From: Methanococcus maripaludis
GTDB taxonomy: Archaea; AGJL01; Methanococci; Methanococcales; Methanococcaceae
Assembly: GCF_002945325.1 (NCBI RefSeq)
Contig: NZ_CP026606.1
Location: 1,500,001 to 1,532,000 of the forward strand
Reading direction: 5' to 3'
DNA length: 32,000 nt
In this document: in pieces, positions 20,056 through 29,124 of the stretch
Position numbering within the stretch: position 1 is the first letter of the stretch
Layout: every line of letters begins with the position of its first letter
The notes under the pieces: generated by a model
The model's input: only the letters and a program-made list of their open reading frames with translations
What the model was told of the DNA's origin: nothing
Database searches by the model: none
Position numbers and translations under genes: made by a program

Positions 20056-20583
20056 TTGGAAAAAATGGTTATCAGAAACGCTAGAAAAACCGATATCGAT
20101 GAAATAATGAACATAGAATATGATTCATTTATAACCGGTATTTCTGAAAACAGGAATGTTTTTTTAGATAGGATAGCTACTTTTCAAAATGGGTTTTTAG
20201 TATTGGAAGTTGATTCAGAAGTTTTAGGATATATTTCTTCTGAAATCTGGGAATATTCTGAAAATATCGATGAAAAAATGTTTGATTTAAATCACGATAT
20301 TAAAAAAGTGCATAAATGTAATGGATCAGAACTATATATTTCATCAATCGGAATTTTGAAAAAACACAGGAAAAAAGGATACGGAAATTTACTTTTTAAA
20401 GAATTAATTGAAAAGATTTCAAAAAACTACAAAATTTCGAGTATGATTTTAACGGTTTCAGTAAATTGGAAACCTGCAATTAAACTTTATGAAAAAAATG
20501 GTTTTAAAGAAATATGTAGAATAAAAGAATTCTTTGAAGATGAGGATAGTTCAGATGGAATTGTAATGAGAAAATATATTTAA
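20056..20583 (+). CDS. GNAT-family N-acetyltransferase
   Basis: ELYISSIGILKKHRKKGYGNLLFKELIEK (acetyl-CoA binding motif), NWKPAIKLYEKNGFKEI. RimI-like. Confidence 0.85.
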   Translation: MEKMVIRNARKTDIDEIMNIEYDSFITGISENRNVFLDRIATFQNGFLVLEVDSEVLGYISSEIWEYSENIDEKMFDLNHDIKKVHKCNGSELYISSIGILKKHRKKGYGNLLFKELIEKISKNYKISSMILTVSVNWKPAIKLYEKNGFKEICRIKEFFEDEDSSDGIVMRKYI

Positions 20584-21366
20584 TTAATAACCTTCTTCGG
20601 GAACTATGGTTAAATGGCCGTTTAAGTTGTGTACGTACGTATTTACCCCATATACTTCCATAATGTTTTGTGAATTGATTATCTCTTTTCCGCCTTCAGC
20701 AAAGATTTTTCCGTCTTTTAACATCAAAAATTTGTCCGAATATCTAAGTGCAAGATTTATGTCGTGCATTACAATTATCGAAGTAATATTTTGTGAAACT
20801 GAAACGTCTTTTAGTATTCTCATAACTTCAAGCTGGTTTTTCAGGTCAAGATTATTTGTCGGTTCATCAAGAAGTATTAATTTTGGTTCCTGAACAAGGG
20901 CCCTTCCAATAATTACCTTTTGAAGTTCCCCACCACTTAATTCATTAGTATTTCTAAGGGCATATTTTTCAAGATCAAGAAGTTTTAACACATTTTCAGT
21001 AATTTCAATATCTTTTTTTGAAATTTCCCACTTTATATGTGGTTTTCTTCCCAAAAGCAATGCATCAAATACCGTCATATAATTTCCATTGGACCTCTGC
21101 GGAACGTAACCTACTTTTTTTGCTAGATCAAGTCTATCCATCTTGTTTACGTCGAGATTTTCAACAGTTATGGTTCCTTTTTTTGGAGGTAATATTTTAT
21201 TTATGCATTTTATAAGAGTTGACTTTCCAGCCCCGTTTATTCCGAGAATTGAAACAACTTCTCCTTTTTCTACTTCAAATTTAACGTCTTTTAATATTTC
21301 AGTACTTTTATATTTGAATTCAACTCCCTCTACTGAAACTATCATATTTTCACCCGAACCTATCAT
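20584..21366 (-). CDS. FecE/BtuD-type ABC transporter ATP-binding protein
   Basis: [43 protein letters not shown]. Overlaps the permease gene by 4 bp. Start more likely the internal ATG near 21345. Confidence 0.93.
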   Translation of the reverse strand: MIGSGENMIVSVEGVEFKYKSTEILKDVKFEVEKGEVVSILGINGAGKSTLIKCINKILPPKKGTITVENLDVNKMDRLDLAKKVGYVPQRSNGNYMTVFDALLLGRKPHIKWEISKKDIEITENVLKLLDLEKYALRNTNELSGGELQKVIIGRALVQEPKLILLDEPTNNLDLKNQLEVMRILKDVSVSQNITSIIVMHDINLALRYSDKFLMLKDGKIFAEGGKEIINSQNIMEVYGVNTYVHNLNGHLTIVPEEGY

Positions 21367-22433
21367 TTATACATCTTCGTTAGTAAATAAAGGAACATCG
21401 GCGCCCCTAAAAATGAGGTAAGTATTCCTACAGGCAGAATTATTGGGGAAATTATTGTTCTTGCAATTGTATCTGCTAATAGTACCAAAACTGCACCAAA
21501 AATACTGCAAAGTGGAATTAAGTACCTGTAATCTCCCCCAACAGTTATTCTTATTATGTGTGGGCAGATTAAGCCTACAAATCCAATAATTCCTAAGAAT
21601 GCAACACAAACAGATGTTACAAGGGATGCAACAAGCATTCCTGACAGTCTTATTTTATCCGTGTTAACGCCAAGAGATTTTGCAGTTTCTTCACCGCTTT
21701 CAAGAGCGTTATAGTCCCATCGTTTATGTATAAAGTAAATAAGTGAAACAAATGCTACTAATGCCATAATTTTTACTTCTGGCCATAGCGGTCTTCCAAG
21801 GTCACCAAATGACCAGTAAACCATTGCAGCTAATTGCATATCGTCTGCAAAATACTGTATGAGTGTAGTTGCAGCAGTAAATAGCGAAGATATTGCAACC
21901 CCTGCAAGAACCATTGCTTCAGGACTTAATCCTTTTAATTTGGCTAGGACCAATACTGCACAAACGCCAAGCAGTGATCCTAAAAATGCAAATATCGTTA
22001 TGGAATAAGGATTGTTTATTGCAATATGTCCGGTACTTTCAGCACCGCCGATTCCAAGCGTAATTATTGCAACACATGCTCCAAACATGGCTCCATGAGA
22101 AATTCCCATGGTATATGGGGATGCGAGCGGGTTTCTTAAAACACACTGCATCACTGCACCTGAAACAGATAATCCAATTCCACAGAGTATTGCCGCAAAG
22201 ATTCTTGGAAGTCTGATATTCCATATAACAAGGTTTGAAGAAGCGTCTCCAGAACCTAACAATGAATTTATAATCTGGCTGATTGATAACTGGAAATCTC
22301 CAGTACACAATGCATAAATAGAGATTATTATTAGTGCTATAATCAGTACAAATCCAAATATTAGTTTTTTTAAAGTATATTTTTTGTAAGTATTAACAGA
22401 ATTTTCCACGTTATCCCTGTTTTGGTAATACAC
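21363..22433 (-). CDS. FecCD/BtuC-type ABC transporter permease
   Basis: [64 protein letters not shown]. Start more likely GTG near 22409 ([10 protein letters not shown]), which has an AGGG SD. Confidence 0.93.
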   Translation of the reverse strand: MYYQNRDNVENSVNTYKKYTLKKLIFGFVLIIALIIISIYALCTGDFQLSISQIINSLLGSGDASSNLVIWNIRLPRIFAAILCGIGLSVSGAVMQCVLRNPLASPYTMGISHGAMFGACVAIITLGIGGAESTGHIAINNPYSITIFAFLGSLLGVCAVLVLAKLKGLSPEAMVLAGVAISSLFTAATTLIQYFADDMQLAAMVYWSFGDLGRPLWPEVKIMALVAFVSLIYFIHKRWDYNALESGEETAKSLGVNTDKIRLSGMLVASLVTSVCVAFLGIIGFVGLICPHIIRITVGGDYRYLIPLCSIFGAVLVLLADTIARTIISPIILPVGILTSFLGAPMFLYLLTKMYK

Positions 22434-22438
22434 TTATC

Positions 22439-22472
22439 AAATAAGTATTATTTTAACCTATAAATAAGTATT
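22439..22472 (+). repeat. Two copies of AAATAAGTATT (22439-22449 and 22462-22472) upstream of the permease
   Basis: Read directly. The first overlaps the inverted repeat ACTTAT-CAA-ATAAGT (22432-22446). A third copy lies at 23677-23687. Confidence 0.5.
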
Positions 22473-22517
22473 TAATATTATGAAAAAATAAATTTTTTAA
22501 AAAAATAGTATGGGGTA

Positions 22518-23645
22518 TTAGTTGAGGTTTAATTTGGTATATCCTCCAAACTGCCCCTCCATAACTGAATAAACTGGTTTTCCAAGGAATTTTTCATATA
22601 TTTCATCTGCTTTTTCTTCTACATTTATGTCAGAAAACTGTTCTGGGTATATGGTTTTACCAACGAAATAGGCGTTTGCAATTCCTGTACCTTTATTGAA
22701 TGAATACCAGCAGTATGGTGGAACCCCGTAGATATTTCCATTTTTAAATGCGTTCAATCCCCGATATGCAGGGTCATTTAAGTCTTCATTTATTAAGTTT
22801 ATCGAAGCTTCACTAACAAATATATATTCTGGATCCCATTCAAGAACCTGTTCTTTATTTATTGTAATCCCTTCGCTAACGTCGGATACTTCTGATGCTA
22901 CGTTATTGGCATTTAAGAGTTCGAAAGAAGGCCAGTGTGGGTCAGTTCCATCAAGACCGTGAACTCCACAGTATGGCCTTCCTGCAACGTAAACAGTAGG
23001 TTTTTCATCTTCTGGAATATTTTCAGTTCTCGAGGCAAGGTCGTTTTCATATTCATTAATTATTGAAATTAACTCTTCGGTCCTTTCTTCTTTTCCTAAA
23101 ACTTCACCCATTATTCGTAAAGTTTCATAGTATTTTTCGTTTTGAACATCAGTTCCGACAGTAGCCACGTAAACTACAACGACTGGAATTCCTGATTTTG
23201 TTTGAATATTGTCTGCATTTGCAGCACCTGATGTTCCAACGAATATTACATCAGGATTTAATATTGCAATTTCTTCAAAGTTAACAGAATTACCTGAGTT
23301 AACAACTGGTAAATCCATTAATTCAGGATATGCAGCAAGATATGGGAGTTCTAAACCTGAGGGAAAAGTTCCATCAATTTCTTTTGAAGCTTCCCTATAT
23401 TCGATACCTACAACTTTTTCCTGTGACTGGAGATAAACAACCTCCCTTAAGGCACAACTTAATGCAATTATTTTTCCTGGATTTTTTGGAACCTCAACGG
23501 TTCTTCCAGCAGCATCAACAACTGTAATTGTAGTTATTTCTTCATTAGATTCTGTAGTGCCACCTGTGGATTCAGTACAACCGCAGATTGCGACTGTTAA
23601 AATCATCAAAGAAGCAATAATTAAAGTACATATTTTTTTATACAA
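22518..23645 (-). CDS. Iron/cobalamin-type ABC transporter substrate-binding lipoprotein (paralogue 1, divergent)
   Basis: Signal plus CGC lipobox-like site. DAAGRTVEVP, VVGIEYREA, NPDVIFVG, TGIPVVVVYV. TTG start after AGGTGG. Confidence 0.9.
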   Translation of the reverse strand: MYKKICTLIIASLMILTVAICGCTESTGGTTESNEEITTITVVDAAGRTVEVPKNPGKIIALSCALREVVYLQSQEKVVGIEYREASKEIDGTFPSGLELPYLAAYPELMDLPVVNSGNSVNFEEIAILNPDVIFVGTSGAANADNIQTKSGIPVVVVYVATVGTDVQNEKYYETLRIMGEVLGKEERTEELISIINEYENDLASRTENIPEDEKPTVYVAGRPYCGVHGLDGTDPHWPSFELLNANNVASEVSDVSEGITINKEQVLEWDPEYIFVSEASINLINEDLNDPAYRGLNAFKNGNIYGVPPYCWYSFNKGTGIANAYFVGKTIYPEQFSDINVEEKADEIYEKFLGKPVYSVMEGQFGGYTKLNLN

Positions 23646-23781
23646 TATACCACCTGAGTTAAATAATATTTTTTAAAAATAAGTATTATTAATAGATATA
23701 ATTTTCTATTTTTATTAGAAAATATCATAAAAATTAAAAATAAATATTAATAAAAAATACTACCTAAATCTTGAGGAATAT

Positions 23782-24924
23782 TTACTGATTTGATATGTCT
23801 AATTTTTTAAAACCTTCAAAATTTTCAGCCATTTTATCATAAACGGCTTCACCAACTAAAAATTCATATATTTCATCAGCTTTAGCTTCTGGATCAATAT
23901 CTGAAAATTCTTCGGGGTATAATACGGTACCAATATAATAAGTATTTGCGAGTACAGTTCCGTAGTCCACCATGTATGATTTGTACCTATATATTAAGTA
24001 AACATCACCGTTTTTGAATGCACTGAGTGATTCATAGTATTCTGGGTTTTTTTCATAGTCTTCATTTATCACGGAAGTATATCCTGCAATATCAATAAAG
24101 ATTATATCAGGATTCCATTCTATAAGCTGTTCTTTGTTAATATATACCTGTTTTTTTGCTTCAAGGGATTCAGCAACATTTTTAGCTTTTAAAACTTCAA
24201 ATGGTGCAAATACACTTGATGTACTTTCTATACCATGGGATCCTTTGGCAGCGTTAAGTCCGCCGACATATACTGATGGTTTTTCGCTATCTGAAACATC
24301 TGAAATTCTATCTGATATATCATTTTCAGCATCTGCAAAGAAATCAATTACTGCTTGCGCTCTTTCTTCTTTATTTAACACGTTACCAAGTAGTGTAAGT
24401 GGATCTGCAAGATCTTTATCAGTAAATGATTCAAATTCATCATAATTTAAAACTACGACAGGAATTCCTGTTTTTGTCTGAATATTGTCTGCAACTTCTG
24501 CTGTTGACATTGAAATTATTATAACATCGGGATTCACGTTAACTATATTTTCACAGTTTAATCCATCGACAAATTGAGTACCAATTGTAGGTAAGGTTTT
24601 AAAATAATCAACATTTGCAATGGTGTAAGGTTTAGCCAGGGCATATTGTTTACCTGCACCTGTAATGTCTGCCTGTTCGCAAGATTCAACCCCCACTAAC
24701 ATATCATCTGCCTGAAGATAAGTAACAAGTCTTAGTGCGCCTGGGCCCGAACAAACAATTTTTTCAACATTTTCTGGAACTTCAACAGTTCTTCCAACCA
24801 AGTCTACAATTTCAACGGTTTTTACCGTTTCGCCTGAAGTTTGGGCCGTATTATCGACACAGCCTGAAAAACTGAGTGCAATCATCAGCGACAAAATAAT
24901 GGCCAAAATCCCATTTTTATACAT
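23782..24924 (-). CDS. Iron/cobalamin-type ABC transporter substrate-binding lipoprotein (paralogue 2)
   Basis: FSGC lipobox, VEIVDLVGRTVEVPENVEKIVCSGPGALRLVTYL, NPDVIII. Confidence 0.92.
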   Translation of the reverse strand: MYKNGILAIILSLMIALSFSGCVDNTAQTSGETVKTVEIVDLVGRTVEVPENVEKIVCSGPGALRLVTYLQADDMLVGVESCEQADITGAGKQYALAKPYTIANVDYFKTLPTIGTQFVDGLNCENIVNVNPDVIIISMSTAEVADNIQTKTGIPVVVLNYDEFESFTDKDLADPLTLLGNVLNKEERAQAVIDFFADAENDISDRISDVSDSEKPSVYVGGLNAAKGSHGIESTSSVFAPFEVLKAKNVAESLEAKKQVYINKEQLIEWNPDIIFIDIAGYTSVINEDYEKNPEYYESLSAFKNGDVYLIYRYKSYMVDYGTVLANTYYIGTVLYPEEFSDIDPEAKADEIYEFLVGEAVYDKMAENFEGFKKLDISNQ

Positions 24925-25114
24925 TTTTTCACCTGTATCTATTGATATAAATATATAATTTTTTTATTATCTTTTTAAAGATACATCCCTAAGTAATATA
25001 AATACATTAATTAAACTATAAAAAAGTAACTAATATTAATTACACATTAAAACATGCAGAGAATTATAACTGTTTTAAAAAATCAAAATTAAAAAAAGTG
25101 ATTCAAAGGTATAG

Positions 25115-26872
25115 TTATTTATTTGTAGGTATTGCAGGTCTTGAAAAGTCACGGTTTGTAACAACGTTCTCTACATCAATACCATAAAAACGTTTATAAA
25201 ACTCTTTTTGTTCATTTTCTAAGTCGAAAGAGTATATTTCTGGATGAATTGTATTTGCAAGGAACATGAATCCGAGAATCCAGCGGGGGCTGCCAAAATC
25301 CCATCCTGTGGGTACATTACATATGTTACCCATCCGAACGGCTTTATTGTCAATTCCATGTTTTTTACAGTATTGAACGTAGTCTGAAGCTGGTGAGGAT
25401 AGGAATCCTGATATAAACATCATTTCAGGGCTGAGTTTATTTATCTCATTTACCGATATATTAACACCCGGTTTACCTTTGCGGGTAAGGCTTTTGTTAA
25501 CACAAATACCGCCTGCAGCTTCTACAAGATTTGTTTCGAACCGCTCGGCATTCAGGGCAAATAACGGATAACCCATCGAATAATAAACGGTAGGGTATGA
25601 CTTGATGAGTTTACTGCCCTTATTTATTTTATCAACCCGTTCTTGAATAAATGCGATAAGTTCATTACCTTCTTTTTCCCGCCCAGTTCGCATGGCGAGA
25701 TCTTTGATAAGTTCAAGCCATGAATCGATCTGTTGAATACGGTCATGTAATCCTCGAATGAAGTCTTCTTTAATGATATCTCCAAGAATATCTCCAAGCT
25801 CTTCATTATCGCGGATTCCAAGTGTGACTAAAATGGCATGGGCCATTTCAATGGCACGAGTGGTCCGGTATCCTCCAAGCATGCCGTATTCAGTAAACTG
25901 TTCATTATTGATTGGTCCTTTTAGTGGCACCTGCCATCCACAGGGACACTTACCTTCTTCAAGAGATTCTATGGTTCTGCATCCCATGGGCCCATAAAAT
26001 TCCCGTTTGATGATTTCATTCCTGCAAATCGGGCATTTAGTTGTTAAATATTCAGTTCCCGGTGAATTAAACAGGTAGACGTGGTTGAGAATGGAGCGTA
26101 GCTGATCTACAATATTTTCTGATTTATTTATTGTAGGTTCCAATTCTGGTTTTGCTTCCCCAAACGGTACAAAACGCATTACCTGTAAGGGTATATCTTT
26201 CGAAACAGATGCTACTTCCTCTGCGGCTTTTAATATCTCTTCATCACCAGTATTTATGTACATCGCAGAGGTTTCCACGTGTACGCCTGCTTCGTGCAGG
26301 ATACGGATATTTCTAAACACAGGAGCTGCAGACTTTGCACCGCATTCTTTATAACGTGCATTCGATGAACCTTTCAGGCCAATATTAACAAAATCAAGAT
26401 AAGGTATAAGAGATTTTAAGGCTGTTTCAGTGAAATAACCGTTTGTTGAGCATCCAACCCAAAGATTAGCTTTTTTTGCTTCTTTTGCTAGATTTAGAAA
26501 TGTATAATATGATGCAGCAGGATCATTAAGACAAAAAACAATACCGCTACATTCTTCAGTTTTTGCACGGGATATGATATCTGAGGGTGAAGCTTTAGTG
26601 AGAGCGCCAGATAATGCATCAGCATTTGAGGTTAAGGTCTCTGAAATACAGCCCTGACAGTTAAAGTTACATCCAACAGTACTCACCTGTAGGAACTTAT
26701 TTTTTGGTGCAAAGTGGACCATAGGCATTGTTTCAATTGTGATTGGGAGTACTGTAAGATACGAATTAGGAAACCTCTCGATGAGTTTACTGTTTTGATT
26801 TGTATACATATTGCACCGACCGTAATTTCCTTCTGAAATATCACAACCGATTTCACATACTGTACATTTCAT
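25115..26872 (-). CDS. Radical SAM protein (PFL-activase-like) with C-terminal substrate-binding-protein-like domain
   Basis: N-terminal CTVCEIGC...GRC. CNFNCQGC radical SAM motif. CPIC/CPCGW knuckle. The C-terminal PTVYYSMGYPLFALNAERFETNLVEAAGG..ILGFMFLANTIHPEIYSFDLENEQKEFYKRFYG aligns by eye with the C-lobes of the neighbouring binding proteins. Confidence 0.88.
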   Translation of the reverse strand: MKCTVCEIGCDISEGNYGRCNMYTNQNSKLIERFPNSYLTVLPITIETMPMVHFAPKNKFLQVSTVGCNFNCQGCISETLTSNADALSGALTKASPSDIISRAKTEECSGIVFCLNDPAASYYTFLNLAKEAKKANLWVGCSTNGYFTETALKSLIPYLDFVNIGLKGSSNARYKECGAKSAAPVFRNIRILHEAGVHVETSAMYINTGDEEILKAAEEVASVSKDIPLQVMRFVPFGEAKPELEPTINKSENIVDQLRSILNHVYLFNSPGTEYLTTKCPICRNEIIKREFYGPMGCRTIESLEEGKCPCGWQVPLKGPINNEQFTEYGMLGGYRTTRAIEMAHAILVTLGIRDNEELGDILGDIIKEDFIRGLHDRIQQIDSWLELIKDLAMRTGREKEGNELIAFIQERVDKINKGSKLIKSYPTVYYSMGYPLFALNAERFETNLVEAAGGICVNKSLTRKGKPGVNISVNEINKLSPEMMFISGFLSSPASDYVQYCKKHGIDNKAVRMGNICNVPTGWDFGSPRWILGFMFLANTIHPEIYSFDLENEQKEFYKRFYGIDVENVVTNRDFSRPAIPTNK

Positions 26873-27528
26873 TAGATCGCCTCTTGGTCGGTTTTTGAGA
26901 TTATAATCCAGAATCCTTCGTCTCCAAGGATAATTTCGTAAGATGAGATACCTATTTCATCAAGTACATTTTGGAACCGTTCAACATTCTCTTGAGATAT
27001 ATTTTTTCGGTTGAATTCTTTCCAATCCGGGTTTTTGCGTATCATCTCGGCTGAAATTGAATCACGTAATTCTTTGTTGCCAAATCCACCACCAATATAT
27101 GTTTTTCCACCAGATTTGAGAATTCGATAAATTTCTCGAAATGCAGTGGCGACATCTTCCCAGAAGAATACTGAACCTCTGCTAACAATTAAATCTGCAT
27201 AGTTATCCTCGATTGGGATATTGTGTACGTCTCCCTGAACAATTTGGATTCGATCGTTTAGGTTAGCATCTGCAATATTTTTTAATGCTATTTCGTTCAT
27301 ATGTTTGGAAAAGTCCAAAGCCCGTATTGAAAAATCGGACTGTTTTGCTAAAGCAATTGATAGCGCTCCTGGACCACTTCCAATGTCTATACAAGTGCCG
27401 GCGGTTATTCCAAAACGATTGATAATATTTTCTGCGATTATAGGATATATCGGTGCGAATAGTGTTTTTGAAATCTCGTCCATATTCTTAGCACCTTTTT
27501 TGTCGAATTTTTTCTTGTTTTCAGACAT
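26872..27528 (-). CDS. Class I SAM-dependent methyltransferase
   Basis: CIDIGSGPGALSIALAK (motif I), VQGDVHNIPIEDNYADLIVSRGSVFFWED, EIYRILKSGGKTYIGGGFG. Shares a base with the start of the radical SAM gene. Confidence 0.9.
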   Translation of the reverse strand: MSENKKKFDKKGAKNMDEISKTLFAPIYPIIAENIINRFGITAGTCIDIGSGPGALSIALAKQSDFSIRALDFSKHMNEIALKNIADANLNDRIQIVQGDVHNIPIEDNYADLIVSRGSVFFWEDVATAFREIYRILKSGGKTYIGGGFGNKELRDSISAEMIRKNPDWKEFNRKNISQENVERFQNVLDEIGISSYEIILGDEGFWIIISKTDQEAI

Positions 27529-27853
27529 AACGTGCCTCCGATTGATTTTAATATTTCTAAAAAGTTAATATTTTAAAAGATCTGAGAATATTGGTATGAT
27601 TCCCGCAATTGTGACTATTATATAATATCTCTTTAAAATTAAATAATATATAATAGTTACTTTTTTTATAAATTGCAATCTAAATGGATTACTATTGCAT
27701 ATTAATTTTATTTTTGAATTAATGCAACGTTAAAAAAATGTAAATGGGGCGGTATTTTTTTAGTGATCTGTCTTAAAATGATAATCACAGGTTAAAATTT
27801 AAAAATAGTTTTACGAAGAATTGGGCTAACTATGTTGAATTTAAATACTCTTT

Positions 27854-27883
27854 AAAAAAATTTTAAAAAAGAAAAAAAAGAAA
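27854..27883 (-). terminator. Candidate U-rich archaeal terminator right after paralogue 3 stop codon
   Basis: Minus-strand tract tttcttttttttcttttttaaaattttttt immediately follows the stop codon. Confidence 0.4.
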
Positions 27884-29032
27884 TTACTGGTTTGAAAAGT
27901 CTAAATTTTCAAATCCCTCAAACATTTCATTCATTTCAGAATATACTCCTTTTCCTACTAAAAATTCGTATATTTCATCAGCTTTAGCTTCTGGATCAAT
28001 ATCTGAAAATGTTTCAGGGTAAAGAATCGTTCCAATGTAATATGAATCTGCCATTGCAGTGTCAATGTTTGTTGTATAATAGTTAAATGGTAAAATGCCG
28101 TAAACATTTCCATTTTTAAATGCATCGAGCGAATTGTAATAATCGGGATTTTTTTCGTAGTCCTCATACACAATTGAGATTCCTCCTTCATCAATAAAGA
28201 TGAATTCCGGATTCCATTCAATTAATTGCTCTTTACTTGTGAAAATATGTTCATTAGATGCAGTTTTTGCAATATTTTCTGTATTTAATGCTTCAAATGG
28301 CGGGTATAAACCTTCAGTACTGTCGATTCCGTGAATACCTTTGTTACCAATTGCTCCAACATAAATACTTGGTTTATTTTCATCAGGAATTTCAGAAGTT
28401 CTTTTATCTAAATCGTCCTGAATTTCGGTTATAAAAGAAATTACTTTTTCTGCTCTTTCTTCTTTTCCAAGGATTTTTCCAGAAAGTATCAGTGAGTCAA
28501 ATATTGCATCATTTTTGAAGTTTCCAAGTGCACCGTAACTCAATACTACGACAGGAATTCCTGTTTTTTTCTGGAGTTCATCAGCATTACTTGCGTCCAT
28601 GTAAGTTATGAATATTACTTCAGGCATTACATTTAGTACCTTTTCAGGATCCGGTCCAACGTTAATGTCTTGTGGGCCGCCATTTCCAATTACCGTAAGT
28701 TCTGAAAATTCATCATGTGCAAGCCTGTAAGGTCTTCCAATTAAATTTGTATTTTCAAAATTTTCAATTCCAACTAAATATTCAGTTGCGTTTAGATAAG
28801 AAATCAATCTTAAACATCCTGGGCCAGAACAGACGATTTTTTCAACGTCCGCAGGAACTTCAACAGTTCTTCCAACCATATCTATAATTTCGATAGTATC
28901 AGCAACTTCAGAAGTGTTTGATGAGTTATTTTCAACACATCCTGAAAATGCAACAACAATTGACATCATGAGTGCCATTACTATGGATATTATTTTTTTA
29001 TTCAACATACCACCTGAATTAATATCTTTCAA
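27884..29032 (-). CDS. Iron/cobalamin-type ABC transporter substrate-binding lipoprotein (paralogue 3)
   Basis: FSGC lipobox, DMVGRTVEVPADVEKIVCSGPGCLRLISYL. Start probably TTG near 29005 (AGGTGGTATG-TTG). Confidence 0.92.
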   Translation of the reverse strand: MKDINSGGMLNKKIISIVMALMMSIVVAFSGCVENNSSNTSEVADTIEIIDMVGRTVEVPADVEKIVCSGPGCLRLISYLNATEYLVGIENFENTNLIGRPYRLAHDEFSELTVIGNGGPQDINVGPDPEKVLNVMPEVIFITYMDASNADELQKKTGIPVVVLSYGALGNFKNDAIFDSLILSGKILGKEERAEKVISFITEIQDDLDKRTSEIPDENKPSIYVGAIGNKGIHGIDSTEGLYPPFEALNTENIAKTASNEHIFTSKEQLIEWNPEFIFIDEGGISIVYEDYEKNPDYYNSLDAFKNGNVYGILPFNYYTTNIDTAMADSYYIGTILYPETFSDIDPEAKADEIYEFLVGKGVYSEMNEMFEGFENLDFSNQ

Positions 29033-29105
29033 AAAATGTAGTATTATTGTTACATATATTTTTCGATATAGTATTACTAAAAAATAATAAAATTTAATTA
29101 ATGAA

Positions 29106-29124
29106 TAAAAAAGAAAAAAAGAAA
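29106..29124 (-). terminator. Candidate U-rich archaeal terminator right after paralogue 4 stop codon
   Basis: Minus-strand tract tttctttttttcttttttat immediately follows the stop codon. Confidence 0.4.

Noticed and set aside
22039-22317. Two short ORFs (minus 22039-22308, plus 22108-22317) inside the permease
   Set aside because: They are out-of-frame or antisense to conserved FecCD motifs.
27529-27883. 355-bp gap between methyltransferase and SBP3 considered as IS remnant or RNA gene
   Set aside because: I found no transposase fragment, terminal inverted repeats or tRNA-like structure. It reads as AT-rich intergenic DNA, with promoter and terminator elements possible.
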